From a virus (taxonomy: Duplodnaviria; Caudoviricetes), in the IMG/VR virus record IMGVR_UViG_3300048592_000436, positions 1 through 52,646 of that record: a stretch of 52,646 nucleotides of DNA. One strand, given 5' to 3'. How positions within the stretch are numbered: the stretch's first letter is position 1; each line of letters opens with the position of its first letter. This document shows, piece after piece, positions 1 to 6,544 of the stretch. The position numbers were made by a program, and so were the translations under genes. A model generated the notes under the pieces. It did not search any database and had not been told where the DNA came from. It was given only the letters and a program-made list of their open reading frames with translations.

Positions 1-162
1 GTCAGTCGGAATTTTATCGGGTCATACGTTACGACTGTTCGCGCGCTGCCGAACCTCCACACGATTTGCAGCGGGCCGGAGGGAGGGCTGGCGGTCGTGT
101 ATCGGGCCGATGCGAATTTGCCGGAGCCCCTGACGCTAGGTTATTGGACAGAGGGCGCCAAG
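1..162. repeat. Terminal direct repeat / circular overlap (copy 1)
   Basis: 1-162 equals 52485-52646 except T36 vs C52520. Confidence 0.97.
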
Positions 163-450
163 CCGCCATGCGAAGCGGCGCTCACGGCGGGGCATTACAT
201 CCTGCAAACCTGCGTCACGATCAACCCGGCCATCTGGTTTCTGGCGGAGCGGCAGGTTTGCCGGGACAGCCCGCCATTCGAGGTGGTGGAGCGCGCGGCT
301 GCGGCGGAGTGTGACCGCATCCGGGTTTCGCGGCGCGGGCTTTTCCATGAGCCCGGTGGGCAATGGTATGATAGCATCGGGCATCTGCTCGATTGCCTCG
401 ACACGGTGCGGGATGCGCGGGGCGCAGGTTACAGGAGGGCCGGAGAGTGA
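1..450 (+). CDS. 3' part of a membrane-anchored protein spanning the circular join (starts 52278; 218 aa in total)
   Basis: The frame of ATG 52278 continues through the overlap into ORF 97..450; TGA overlaps the endolysin GTG. Confidence 0.85.
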   Translation, partial: VSRNFIGSYVTTVRALPNLHTICSGPEGGLAVVYRADANLPEPLTLGYWTEGAKPPCEAALTAGHYILQTCVTINPAIWFLAERQVCRDSPPFEVVERAAAAECDRIRVSRRGLFHEPGGQWYDSIGHLLDCLDTVRDARGAGYRRAGE

Positions 451-1115
451 GGAAGTTCAGCCAGCGCAGCCTCGATAGCCTGAAGGGCGTGCATCCAGAT
501 TTGGTGCGCGTGATCGCCATGGCGTTGCATACGAGCCCGGTGGATTTCGTTGTGATCGAGGGCACCCGCACCAAGGCGCGGCAGGAGCAGCTATTCAAGG
601 AAGGCGCGACCCGCACGATGAACAGTCGCCACCTTTATGGGCTGGCGGTTGACCTGATGCCGATCGACCCGAAAACCGGCAAAGGCTCATTCGACTGGCC
701 GCTCTATCACAAGATGGCCCCGGCGGTTCTGGATGCAGCGCGTTCGCTCGGCATCTCGATAGAGTGGGGCGGCAACTGGACCACGTTCAAGGACGGGCCG
801 CACTTCGAGCTTACGCGGGCGATGTACCCCGACAATGTGCAATTCGTCCCAATTGACCCGATGTCCATAGCGCCCCCAGAGAAGCCCTCAGAACCGCAGG
901 AGGTAGCGCCCATGCCCGACACCGTGAAGATTGAGGAAGGGCCGCAGAAGGCGTTCGCAGGCGGCGCTGCGGTCTATGTTCTGGAAATGCTCCGCGAGAT
1001 GGGCATCGACCTCGGCCCGCTCGCGCCGATCCTCGAAAGCAACACCGGCATGGCCCTGATTGTCGGGGGCGTCGTGTGGTACATTGCCAACAGCAAGCGA
1101 AAGGTGATCGAATGA
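447..1115 (+). CDS. Endolysin, M15-family (L-Ala-D-Glu-type) peptidase with C-terminal hydrophobic extension
   Basis: FSQRSLDSLKGVHPDL, EGTRTKARQ, SRHLYGLAVD, WGGNW..FKDGPHFEL motifs; GTG 447 coupled to upstream stop. Confidence 0.93.
   Translation: MRKFSQRSLDSLKGVHPDLVRVIAMALHTSPVDFVVIEGTRTKARQEQLFKEGATRTMNSRHLYGLAVDLMPIDPKTGKGSFDWPLYHKMAPAVLDAARSLGISIEWGGNWTTFKDGPHFELTRAMYPDNVQFVPIDPMSIAPPEKPSEPQEVAPMPDTVKIEEGPQKAFAGGAAVYVLEMLREMGIDLGPLAPILESNTGMALIVGGVVWYIANSKRKVIE
912..1115 (+). CDS. Putative in-frame internal product of the endolysin gene (67-aa holin-like peptide with two hydrophobic segments)
   Basis: AGGAGGT at 898-904, 7 nt before in-frame ATG 912; hydrophobic segments AFAGGAAVYVLEML and GMALIVGGVVWYIA; basic C-terminus. 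Confidence 0.55.
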   Translation: MPDTVKIEEGPQKAFAGGAAVYVLEMLREMGIDLGPLAPILESNTGMALIVGGVVWYIANSKRKVIE

Positions 1116-1333
1116 AACGCCATCTCCCCCTCGCCCTGATCCCCCTGCTCGCCGCGTGTGCTGGCATCGGAGACGGTCGCGTATCCCCCGAAGAGTGCGC
1201 TGCGGCTCAGGCGGCGGCCATGACGGCCCGGGCGGAGTATGAGGCCGGGAAGGTCTCCGACGACACAGTGCGCCGTCTGGAAACCGCCGCGGCTCTGGCT
1301 TGCGCATTTGTGACGCCGGAGCCCGCGCAATGA
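1112..1333 (+). CDS. Lipoprotein, spanin-like candidate
   Basis: MKRHLPLALIPLLAAC signal with lipobox; ATGA overlap with endolysin stop. Confidence 0.75.
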   Translation: MKRHLPLALIPLLAACAGIGDGRVSPEECAAAQAAAMTARAEYEAGKVSDDTVRRLETAAALACAFVTPEPAQ

Positions 1334-1518
1334 GCAGCATCCTCGACACCCCCAGCCGCAGCCCGCGGAACACTGTGCACAGCGGTGTTGATTTCGGCCC
1401 GGCCTGGGTCAATTCGACGGGCTGGATTTGTCCGCGCTGCAATCAGGTCAATTCGCCGATTGCGACGCAGTGCCCATGCTCGCCGAAAGCGGGAGTGCGC
1501 GGGCCATGGCAAACGTGA
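1330..1518 (+). CDS. Small zinc-ribbon protein
   Basis: GWICPRCNQVNSP..QCPC motif; ATGA coupling. Confidence 0.65.
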   Translation: MSSILDTPSRSPRNTVHSGVDFGPAWVNSTGWICPRCNQVNSPIATQCPCSPKAGVRGPWQT

Positions 1519-1592
1519 ACCTCTGGGCCTTCTGGCATCCCGATCACTGGATCGCCGTGTGGGCGAGGTTCTGGCGGGACTACTGGGGATGA
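1506..1592 (+). CDS. 28-aa Trp-rich peptide (MANVNLWAFWHPDHWIAVWARFWRDYWG)
   Basis: GGGAG upstream; stop overlaps the next ATG (ATGA); below the ORF-track cutoff. Confidence 0.45.
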   Translation: MANVNLWAFWHPDHWIAVWARFWRDYWG

Positions 1593-1840
1593 TCGCCGCA
1601 CTCTGGCTCGCCTCCGCCCTATGCGCGCCATACGACGCAACGGCGAAAGTTCTGGCGGAGCAGTGCGGCGAGGAACGGCACGGAAGCGGGTATCAGGAGA
1701 CCAATTCGGCCATTGTCGAGATATGGGTCAACCGCCGCACCGGCTCCTGGACGATCCTGCGCATTACCTTGGACGGTCAGGCGTGCATGATCGGGAGCGG
1801 GCAGCACTTCCGGGCGTGGCCTATGGGCGTTCCGGCTTGA
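1589..1840 (+). CDS. Hypothetical exported protein of a Rhodobacterales-type family
   Basis: Hydrophobic N-terminus, CAPY...LAEQCGE...TGSWTI...ACMIGSG pattern. Confidence 0.7.
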   Translation: MIAALWLASALCAPYDATAKVLAEQCGEERHGSGYQETNSAIVEIWVNRRTGSWTILRITLDGQACMIGSGQHFRAWPMGVPA

Positions 1841-1928
1841 TGGGCTGCGGGGTGGGGCCTGCACCGAACCCCACAAATCGCTCCGGTTTCCCGTGCTACG
1901 GCATGCAGAATATCACCGTGTCACCCGC
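1841..1928 (-). ncRNA. Putative cloverleaf (tRNA-like) small RNA
   Basis: GCGGG/CCCGC closing stem, three hairpins (ACGGT/GCCGT; CGG-GAAA-CCG; GTGGGG/CCCCAC with GTTCG), 3' CCA; begins just downstream of a promoter. Confidence 0.5.
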
Positions 1929-1934
1929 TTGCGT

Positions 1935-1963
1935 AACATATACCGCCCCGCCGCTACACGCAA
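1935..1963 (-). promoter_or_regulatory. sigma70-type promoter TTGCGT-N17-TATGTT
   Basis: Same -10 hexamer and 17-nt spacing as the promoters at 5357-5385 and 5821-5849. Confidence 0.65.
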
Positions 1964-1993
1964 CCGCAGTTGTGCTTCATCGGTGCACCACAA

Positions 1994-2230
1994 ATGATCG
2001 TGCCCTGGCGTGACCTCTCCCGTCTTATCTCCCGCGCCACCTGCGGCCCGGATGGCTTGATGTGCTGTTCCCGTGCCTTCGAGTATCGGCGCCGTCCATG
2101 GTGGCGGGTCATAGCGGCGGTGCTGAACCGGGCGATGCGGGAGACAGAGCATTGCGCGCGGTGCCATGGCGAAGAGACGGGCTTCGGCGTCACCGATCCT
2201 CTGGCGGAGTGGAGACGGCGGGGGATGTGA
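1994..2230 (+). CDS. Hypothetical phage protein
   Basis: ORF with CSRA...WW...EHCARCH pattern typical of small phage proteins. Confidence 0.55.
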   Translation: MIVPWRDLSRLISRATCGPDGLMCCSRAFEYRRRPWWRVIAAVLNRAMRETEHCARCHGEETGFGVTDPLAEWRRRGM

Positions 2231-2597
2231 GGGCGGCTAGGACAGTTTCAGCTTCCGTAGACGGCCATGGCTTTTGAGCGTCGTCCCCGATAGCGTCTGC
2301 AAAAGCATCCCGCATTTGGCTCCACCACTCCTCCGAAACGAGTTGCGGGTCATTTGGGCAGGCTGCGCGAGGGGCGCCGTCCCGTGCCGAGATGGCGTTG
2401 AACTCGGCCCACGCGAACCACAGAAGGCCCCGCAGCCGTTCGATCTCCGCCTCGGCCGCTTCGAGGGCGTCGGCGGCTTTCATCGCCAAGTTGGCGTTCA
2501 GGCTGCATTCAAGTCCTCCATCCAGTCGGCGCCATGCAGTTCCACTAAGCATTTCTGCGGCTTCGTTGAGTTCCGCAATCAGTTCCTTGTTCGTCAC
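2190..2597 (-). CDS. Hypothetical protein (Ead/Ea22-like coiled-coil N-terminus)
   Basis: AADALEAAEAEIERLRG segment; last gene of the leftward operon. Confidence 0.75.
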   Translation of the reverse strand: MTNKELIAELNEAAEMLSGTAWRRLDGGLECSLNANLAMKAADALEAAEAEIERLRGLLWFAWAEFNAISARDGAPRAACPNDPQLVSEEWWSQMRDAFADAIGDDAQKPWPSTEAETVLAALTSPAVSTPPEDR

Positions 2598-2683
2598 GGT
2601 TCACCATCTCCCATCAGGTCGAACACCCACCATCCCAGATAGGCGAGGATGGCAAGGGCGGCGAGGGTTTCAGCGGGGGTCAT
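2594..2683 (-). CDS. 29-aa membrane peptide (MTPAETLAALAILAYLGWWVFDLMGDGEP)
   Basis: Fills the gap between Lar and the next gene; stop overlaps downstream GTG. Confidence 0.5.
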   Translation of the reverse strand: MTPAETLAALAILAYLGWWVFDLMGDGEP

Positions 2684-2852
2684 GGCGCGTGTTCCACGCC
2701 GTCTGTGCGTCCGAAAATCTCTCGCGCGCGACAGAGGGTCCAACCGGGCACCCAAGGCCGTTAGCGGAGCACTCGATTATAGCCCATTGCATTGTCAGGC
2801 GGAACACGGCAAACGCTCCGCAGAACGGGCACGGCTTCATTTCGTTGCTCAT
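2670..2852 (-). CDS. Lar-family restriction alleviation-like zinc-ribbon protein
   Basis: MKPCPFCG...IEC...C...AQTAWNTR signature. Confidence 0.8.
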   Translation of the reverse strand: MSNEMKPCPFCGAFAVFRLTMQWAIIECSANGLGCPVGPSVARERFSDAQTAWNTRHDPR

Positions 2853-3067
2853 CGGCCCGCAGCCTCCTTCATGATCGTAGCAACATGCGCTCCCGGCGGC
2901 GGGACATAATCCTCGCAGTCCGTCGAGTGGTCCCAGAACGCAACCGGCGCCCCCGGCTTGCCCCACCATTTCAGCGCGGCGGCTTCCTGATCTGGGCCAA
3001 AGCGCAGCTTGCAAGCCGTATTGCCGCAGTCGCTCGCGCAGAAGGTTATGTCTCGGAAGCAGAGCAT
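2849..3067 (-). CDS. Hypothetical Cys-rich protein
   Basis: MLCFRDITFCASDCGNTAC; AGGAGG upstream; coupled stop/start. Confidence 0.7.
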   Translation of the reverse strand: MLCFRDITFCASDCGNTACKLRFGPDQEAAALKWWGKPGAPVAFWDHSTDCEDYVPPPGAHVATIMKEAAGR

Positions 3068-3237
3068 GACGCCTCCTGTATGATCTTGGCGACGCGGAGA
3101 TATTCGGCGGCGGTTTCGAGGGCCGCAATGCGGGCCGGTAGGTATCCGCTCCACCGCTCCTCGGATGCGTTGTTGGAGGCGGCGATCAGCACATCCACCA
3201 CCAGCGCGACTTGTTCAGGGGTTAGGGGGAGGGTCAT
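3046..3237 (-). CDS. Hypothetical protein
   Basis: ORF in the tightly packed leftward operon. Confidence 0.55.
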   Translation of the reverse strand: MTLPLTPEQVALVVDVLIAASNNASEERWSGYLPARIAALETAAEYLRVAKIIQEASCSASET

Positions 3238-3400
3238 CTCTCATCCAATCCTCAATATCATCATTGGCGTTAACGGCTACGAAGCCGGCACCTTTGCATC
3301 GTTGGCAGGTCGCTTCGTATAGACCAGGACCAAGCCGCGGGTTGCGCCGCAAAACCCAGCCATCGCCATGGCATGCCCTGCACTCTTTCTCCACAATCAT
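3215..3400 (-). CDS. Small DnaJ-type zinc-finger protein
   Basis: CRACHGDG...CQRCKGAG (two CxxCxGxG). Confidence 0.7.
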   Translation of the reverse strand: MIVEKECRACHGDGWVLRRNPRLGPGLYEATCQRCKGAGFVAVNANDDIEDWMRDDPPPNP

Positions 3401-3591
3401 GCATCGTCTCCAGGGTGGTAACTTTCGCCACGCGCCAAGTCGTCTAGGCTATGACCGCTGTAGGGTGCGCCGTTCTCGACTAGACGGATAATTGCTAGCG
3501 TAGCCTCGTTTGCCTCGTGTACGGTGGCACAACTGAATGTGCGAATTGCGGTAAAGATTTCTTCTCGCAATCGGCTGGCCATTAATGTCAT
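3397..3591 (-). CDS. Hypothetical protein
   Basis: ORF coupled to downstream gene by ATGA; locally lower GC. Confidence 0.55.
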   Translation of the reverse strand: MTLMASRLREEIFTAIRTFSCATVHEANEATLAIIRLVENGAPYSGHSLDDLARGESYHPGDDA

Positions 3592-3642
3592 CCTGTCACC
3601 GGGAGCGGGTTATACCCCGCCCCCGCCTTTCGTGGTTGAGGT

Positions 3643-4161
3643 TCAGTTCGGCGCTCGGACCAAGCCCATGGCGTTGAGAACGCGCCATGCGTGCTGATCC
3701 ATCGTCGCGAGGGAAATGATCGCGGCGCGGCGCAGTTCCGGCGTCGGCTGGTTGAGCGCGTCGAGGATCATGTAATGCGTCTCGCGGTTGAGGCAGTTCT
3801 GGTCGATCGGGGAGACGTGGAAGCCTGCGCCGCCGAGGGGAACGGACAGGGACAGGCCCTGCGGCTTGATGCAGGGCGCGGTGCCCTGAGCTGCACCGAC
3901 GCCAAAGCCCGGAGCCTGATTGCGGTCCTCGATGTTGACGCTCTGCGTGTTGGTCTGCCGGTTCGCCTGCGACTGGCCCTGGATTTGGCCCTGCCCCTGA
4001 TGCTGCCCGGCCACGGCGGTAGCGGAGTTGCTGTTCAGGTTGGTGTTCCGATTGTCGACGCTGGCGCTGGACTGCGGGCCGTTGTTGTTGCCGTTGCCCC
4101 TGTCGGTGGCGAATGCCGGGGCGGCGAGGGCGAGGATCAGTGCGGTGGTCATCAGTTTCAT
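3643..4161 (-). CDS. Secreted protein with N/Q/G-rich low-complexity segment
   Basis: Signal peptide MKLMTTALILALAAPAFA; AGGAGG RBS; QHQGQGQIQGQSQ; two Cys in C-terminal domain. Confidence 0.85.
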   Translation of the reverse strand: MKLMTTALILALAAPAFATDRGNGNNNGPQSSASVDNRNTNLNSNSATAVAGQHQGQGQIQGQSQANRQTNTQSVNIEDRNQAPGFGVGAAQGTAPCIKPQGLSLSVPLGGAGFHVSPIDQNCLNRETHYMILDALNQPTPELRRAAIISLATMDQHAWRVLNAMGLVRAPN

Positions 4162-4222
4162 CGTGTCAGTCCTCCTAGAGCCCGGAACCGCCGGGCGCGG
4201 GTAGCCAAAGCGTGGAAATAGG

Positions 4223-4396
4223 TCATTCGGATGTGTCCATAATGGCCCAGCATACCGCGACGGGCATGACAACAGGCCAAGAAACGGCGAGCAATAGCAT
4301 ATCGGCCCGGCAAGGCCGTTTCGGATGCGCGGCAGCCAGAGAATACAACCCGATGCCTCCGAATACGTAGAGCCACGCCATGACAAAGATGGTCAT
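4223..4396 (-). CDS. Small membrane protein (two hydrophobic segments)
   Basis: Hydrophobic ORF with LAVSWPVVMP motif; coupled. Confidence 0.65.
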   Translation of the reverse strand: MTIFVMAWLYVFGGIGLYSLAAAHPKRPCRADMLLLAVSWPVVMPVAVCWAIMDTSE

Positions 4397-4674
4397 CCCG
4401 CCCACCCCGTCATCTGCGCCGCATCCCCTATCAGCTTCGCTGCTGCGACCACGTAGGACCGCGCGCCCTCGAACACGAGGATGGCAACGATCACGTAGAA
4501 CGTGCCCTCCCGCGCGAACCGGCGAAGCCTGCGCCAGTCAAACGGCTCGGGCGCAAGGATGGAAACCCGTTGCCGCTTACGCACGGGCAGGGGAACCACG
4601 TTGCCGAATGCCTCGGCGTCCGGCGCCTGCGCACGGGCAAGCTCTAGGTCTGCTATCTCACGATAGTGGCTCAT
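4393..4674 (-). CDS. Hypothetical membrane protein
   Basis: NVVPLP motif and FYVIVAILVF segment; ATGA coupling. Confidence 0.65.
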   Translation of the reverse strand: MSHYREIADLELARAQAPDAEAFGNVVPLPVRKRQRVSILAPEPFDWRRLRRFAREGTFYVIVAILVFEGARSYVVAAAKLIGDAAQMTGWAG

Positions 4675-5024
4675 TCCAGCGGCTCCGCTTTCAGGGTGTC
4701 CCATTGGGGGACGCCGGCGTGGGTCTGGAAGGTGAGGCGGACGTTGGGGCGGTGCCTGTCATCGTAGTATACCGCCCATTCGCCGCGGTAGTCAAAGTCG
4801 ATGCAAGCTAGCGCCGTCACCGTCTCCACCTTCGGCTTGATCTCGTAGCGATACCGGAGCACTTCGCTCCAACGCCAGTCACGGGCAGGAGTGTTCTTGT
4901 TCTCGCCCAAAAGTACCGCCCCCTTGAGAGGGCAAGTCGCCCAGATAATGCACTTCGCATCATCCGGCACATGCGCTGGCTTCTCTCCGCTATTGTGCCG
5001 GGTCCATTCGCTCCATTGGGTCAT
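4671..5024 (-). CDS. Hypothetical protein (MTQWSEW...)
   Basis: AAGGGAGG RBS; WRWSEVLRYRY motif. Confidence 0.8.
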   Translation of the reverse strand: MTQWSEWTRHNSGEKPAHVPDDAKCIIWATCPLKGAVLLGENKNTPARDWRWSEVLRYRYEIKPKVETVTALACIDFDYRGEWAVYYDDRHRPNVRLTFQTHAGVPQWDTLKAEPLE

Positions 5025-5050
5025 GCGGTCAGCCTCCCTTGTGATCTGGT

Positions 5051-5074
5051 GGCGGGGCCGTTAGGCCGCCGCCT
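5051..5074 (-). repeat. 24-bp hairpin element AGGCGGCGGCCTAACGGCCCCGCC (copy 1)
   Basis: Identical to 23379-23402 on the opposite strand. Confidence 0.9.
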
Positions 5075-5333
5075 CTAGCTGGTTGCGCTGAACGAAGTAA
5101 CGGGCGCTGGGGCGATCATCCGGGCCATCAATCATCCGCCACGGGTCAAGGCCCATGCGGTGCGCCTCGTCGCTGACCCACGCCCAAAGCTGCATGTCGT
5201 GATCAAGACCGACAGTCATGTACCAGTCTGCTGTGACTTCCTGCCGATTGCAGCGTTCCGCGACGCTCTGAGCGTAGTCGGTAACTTCGCGGAAACCGCT
5301 GGGCCAGATTTTCGTGCTGTGCTGGATCATCAT
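5061..5333 (-). CDS. Hypothetical cassette gene
   Basis: CAAGGGAGAGACG-ATG leader directly behind the repeated promoter. Confidence 0.8.
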   Translation of the reverse strand: MMIQHSTKIWPSGFREVTDYAQSVAERCNRQEVTADWYMTVGLDHDMQLWAWVSDEAHRMGLDPWRMIDGPDDRPSARYFVQRNQLEAAA

Positions 5334-5337
5334 CGTC

Positions 5338-5402
5338 TCTCCCTTGCTACACCCCAAACATAACCGCACGGCGCACGCATTGCAAGCAGAAAATGCGCCG
5401 CA
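5338..5402 (-). promoter_or_regulatory. 65-bp repeated promoter/RBS unit, copy 1 (TTGCAA-N17-TATGTT)
   Basis: 62/65 identical to 5802-5866; a 24-bp segment is also duplicated at 5364-5387 and 5398-5421. Confidence 0.85.
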
Positions 5403-5499
5403 CGGCGCACGCATTGCAAGCGCTCCATTGGGTCATGTCTGTCTCCCTTGTGATCTGGCGCATTGCGGAACCGCCCCGAAGGGCGGCTCTGGCAATGGG

Positions 5500-5796
5500 T
5501 CAGGCCCGCATTTCGGTCGGGTCATCAGCATAGCGATAGGCAAACGCGGCCTCGCCGTTCCGCGAACGCTCCCAGATCAGCAGGGCGTCAGTCGTGGCGC
5601 CAAGAAGGCCGAGGCGGCCGATGCTGATAGGCTTGCGCATACCGCGAACGTGGATTTCCGCACCTTCGTGGTCGATCCAACAATCGTTTGCGGCGTCGAA
5701 GCTCTCGCCACGCAGCGCCGAAAGCGCATCGAGCGAAAGATGTCCGTGATCATCGCGAAAGCGGGCCTGAAAGTCGTTGGTGCGGAAAGTTGTCAT
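5500..5796 (-). CDS. Hypothetical cassette gene
   Basis: CAAGGGAG RBS; followed by GCCGCCC-TTCG-GGGCGGT hairpin. Confidence 0.8.
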   Translation of the reverse strand: MTTFRTNDFQARFRDDHGHLSLDALSALRGESFDAANDCWIDHEGAEIHVRGMRKPISIGRLGLLGATTDALLIWERSRNGEAAFAYRYADDPTEMRA

Positions 5797-5801
5797 CTCA
5801 A

Positions 5802-5866
5802 TCTCCCTTGCTACGCCCCAAACATAACCGCCCGGCGCACGCATTGCAAGCGGAAAATGCGCCGCA
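5802..5866 (-). promoter_or_regulatory. 65-bp repeated promoter/RBS unit, copy 2
   Basis: TTGCAA (5844-5849)-N17-TATGTT (5821-5826). Confidence 0.85.
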
Positions 5867-5873
5867 TGGCAAA

Positions 5874-6221
5874 TCATCGCGGCACGGTGGTTCCGTCCAA
5901 CTTCCGTTTCCACGGCGTCCCCTTGCTGCCGGGAATAGGCGAGCGGGAACGCTTGGCGCCGAGGTGCTTGGCCTCGACGCGCTTGGCCTTGGCGAGGGCT
6001 CCGAGGTCAGTCGCGGTCTTGCCGCGGTGGCAGGAGGCGCAAGCCGGTTGCAGGTTGTCCGAGCCGGTGTCCTCGTCCCCACCCATGGCGAGGGGGATCA
6101 CGTGCTCGATGTCCCAGCGGTCGCGGGTGCCGTCTATCTTGACCCCGCAAATGTGACACATCCCCCCGGCCGCGGCGAAGATCGCCAGACGCTCGCGGGG
6201 GCCTATGTGGCGGCGGGTCAT
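5874..6221 (-). CDS. HNH endonuclease
   Basis: CHICG...WDIEHVIPLAMGG.D...NLQPACASCHRGKT. Confidence 0.93.
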   Translation of the reverse strand: MTRRHIGPRERLAIFAAAGGMCHICGVKIDGTRDRWDIEHVIPLAMGGDEDTGSDNLQPACASCHRGKTATDLGALAKAKRVEAKHLGAKRSRSPIPGSKGTPWKRKLDGTTVPR

Positions 6222-6544
6222 TCACACGGCTCGCTCGGTCGAAGGGCATCCGGGGCAACACCGCCAATCACAGGGCATTTGCCAGCGGCGGCAAGATCGA
6301 TCACATATTGCAGCGCGGCAAGGCATACCGGCCCCATGCCGCTATGGCGCATCAGTTCACGCCGACCCAAGTCGGAGACCTCGCCAAGGGTCATGTTCTT
6401 CCACGCGCCTTCGGCATACGGTCGGGGCGGATCGCTCTCCTTGTAGCCGAGAGAGTACCGTTTCAACTGCCACGCGCTGCGGCCCAGGTGCGAATGCAGG
6501 GACCGCCAGTTGATTTCCTTCATGGGGATTTCGCGCCAGTTCAT
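6218..6544 (-). CDS. Protein with RNA polymerase alpha-CTD-like helix-hairpin-helix domain
   Basis: TLGEVSDLGRRELMRHSGMGPVCLAALQYVI resembles the alpha-CTD pattern (TIGDL...ELL+.PN.G.KSL.EI). Confidence 0.6.
   Translation of the reverse strand: MNWREIPMKEINWRSLHSHLGRSAWQLKRYSLGYKESDPPRPYAEGAWKNMTLGEVSDLGRRELMRHSGMGPVCLAALQYVIDLAAAGKCPVIGGVAPDALRPSEPCE

Noticed and set aside
1841-1928. Canonical tRNA gene
   Set aside because: Only a 5-bp closing stem, a GAAA tetraloop instead of a 7-nt anticodon loop and an oversized T-loop; kept as a tRNA-like ncRNA only
5009-5866. CRISPR array or IS ends
   Set aside because: Repeats are promoter/RBS units separated by whole genes; no regular spacers, cas genes or transposase
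5314-6446. Long plus-strand ORFs (280 and 252 aa) over the cassette region
   Set aside because: They run through promoter repeats and oppose well-supported minus-strand genes
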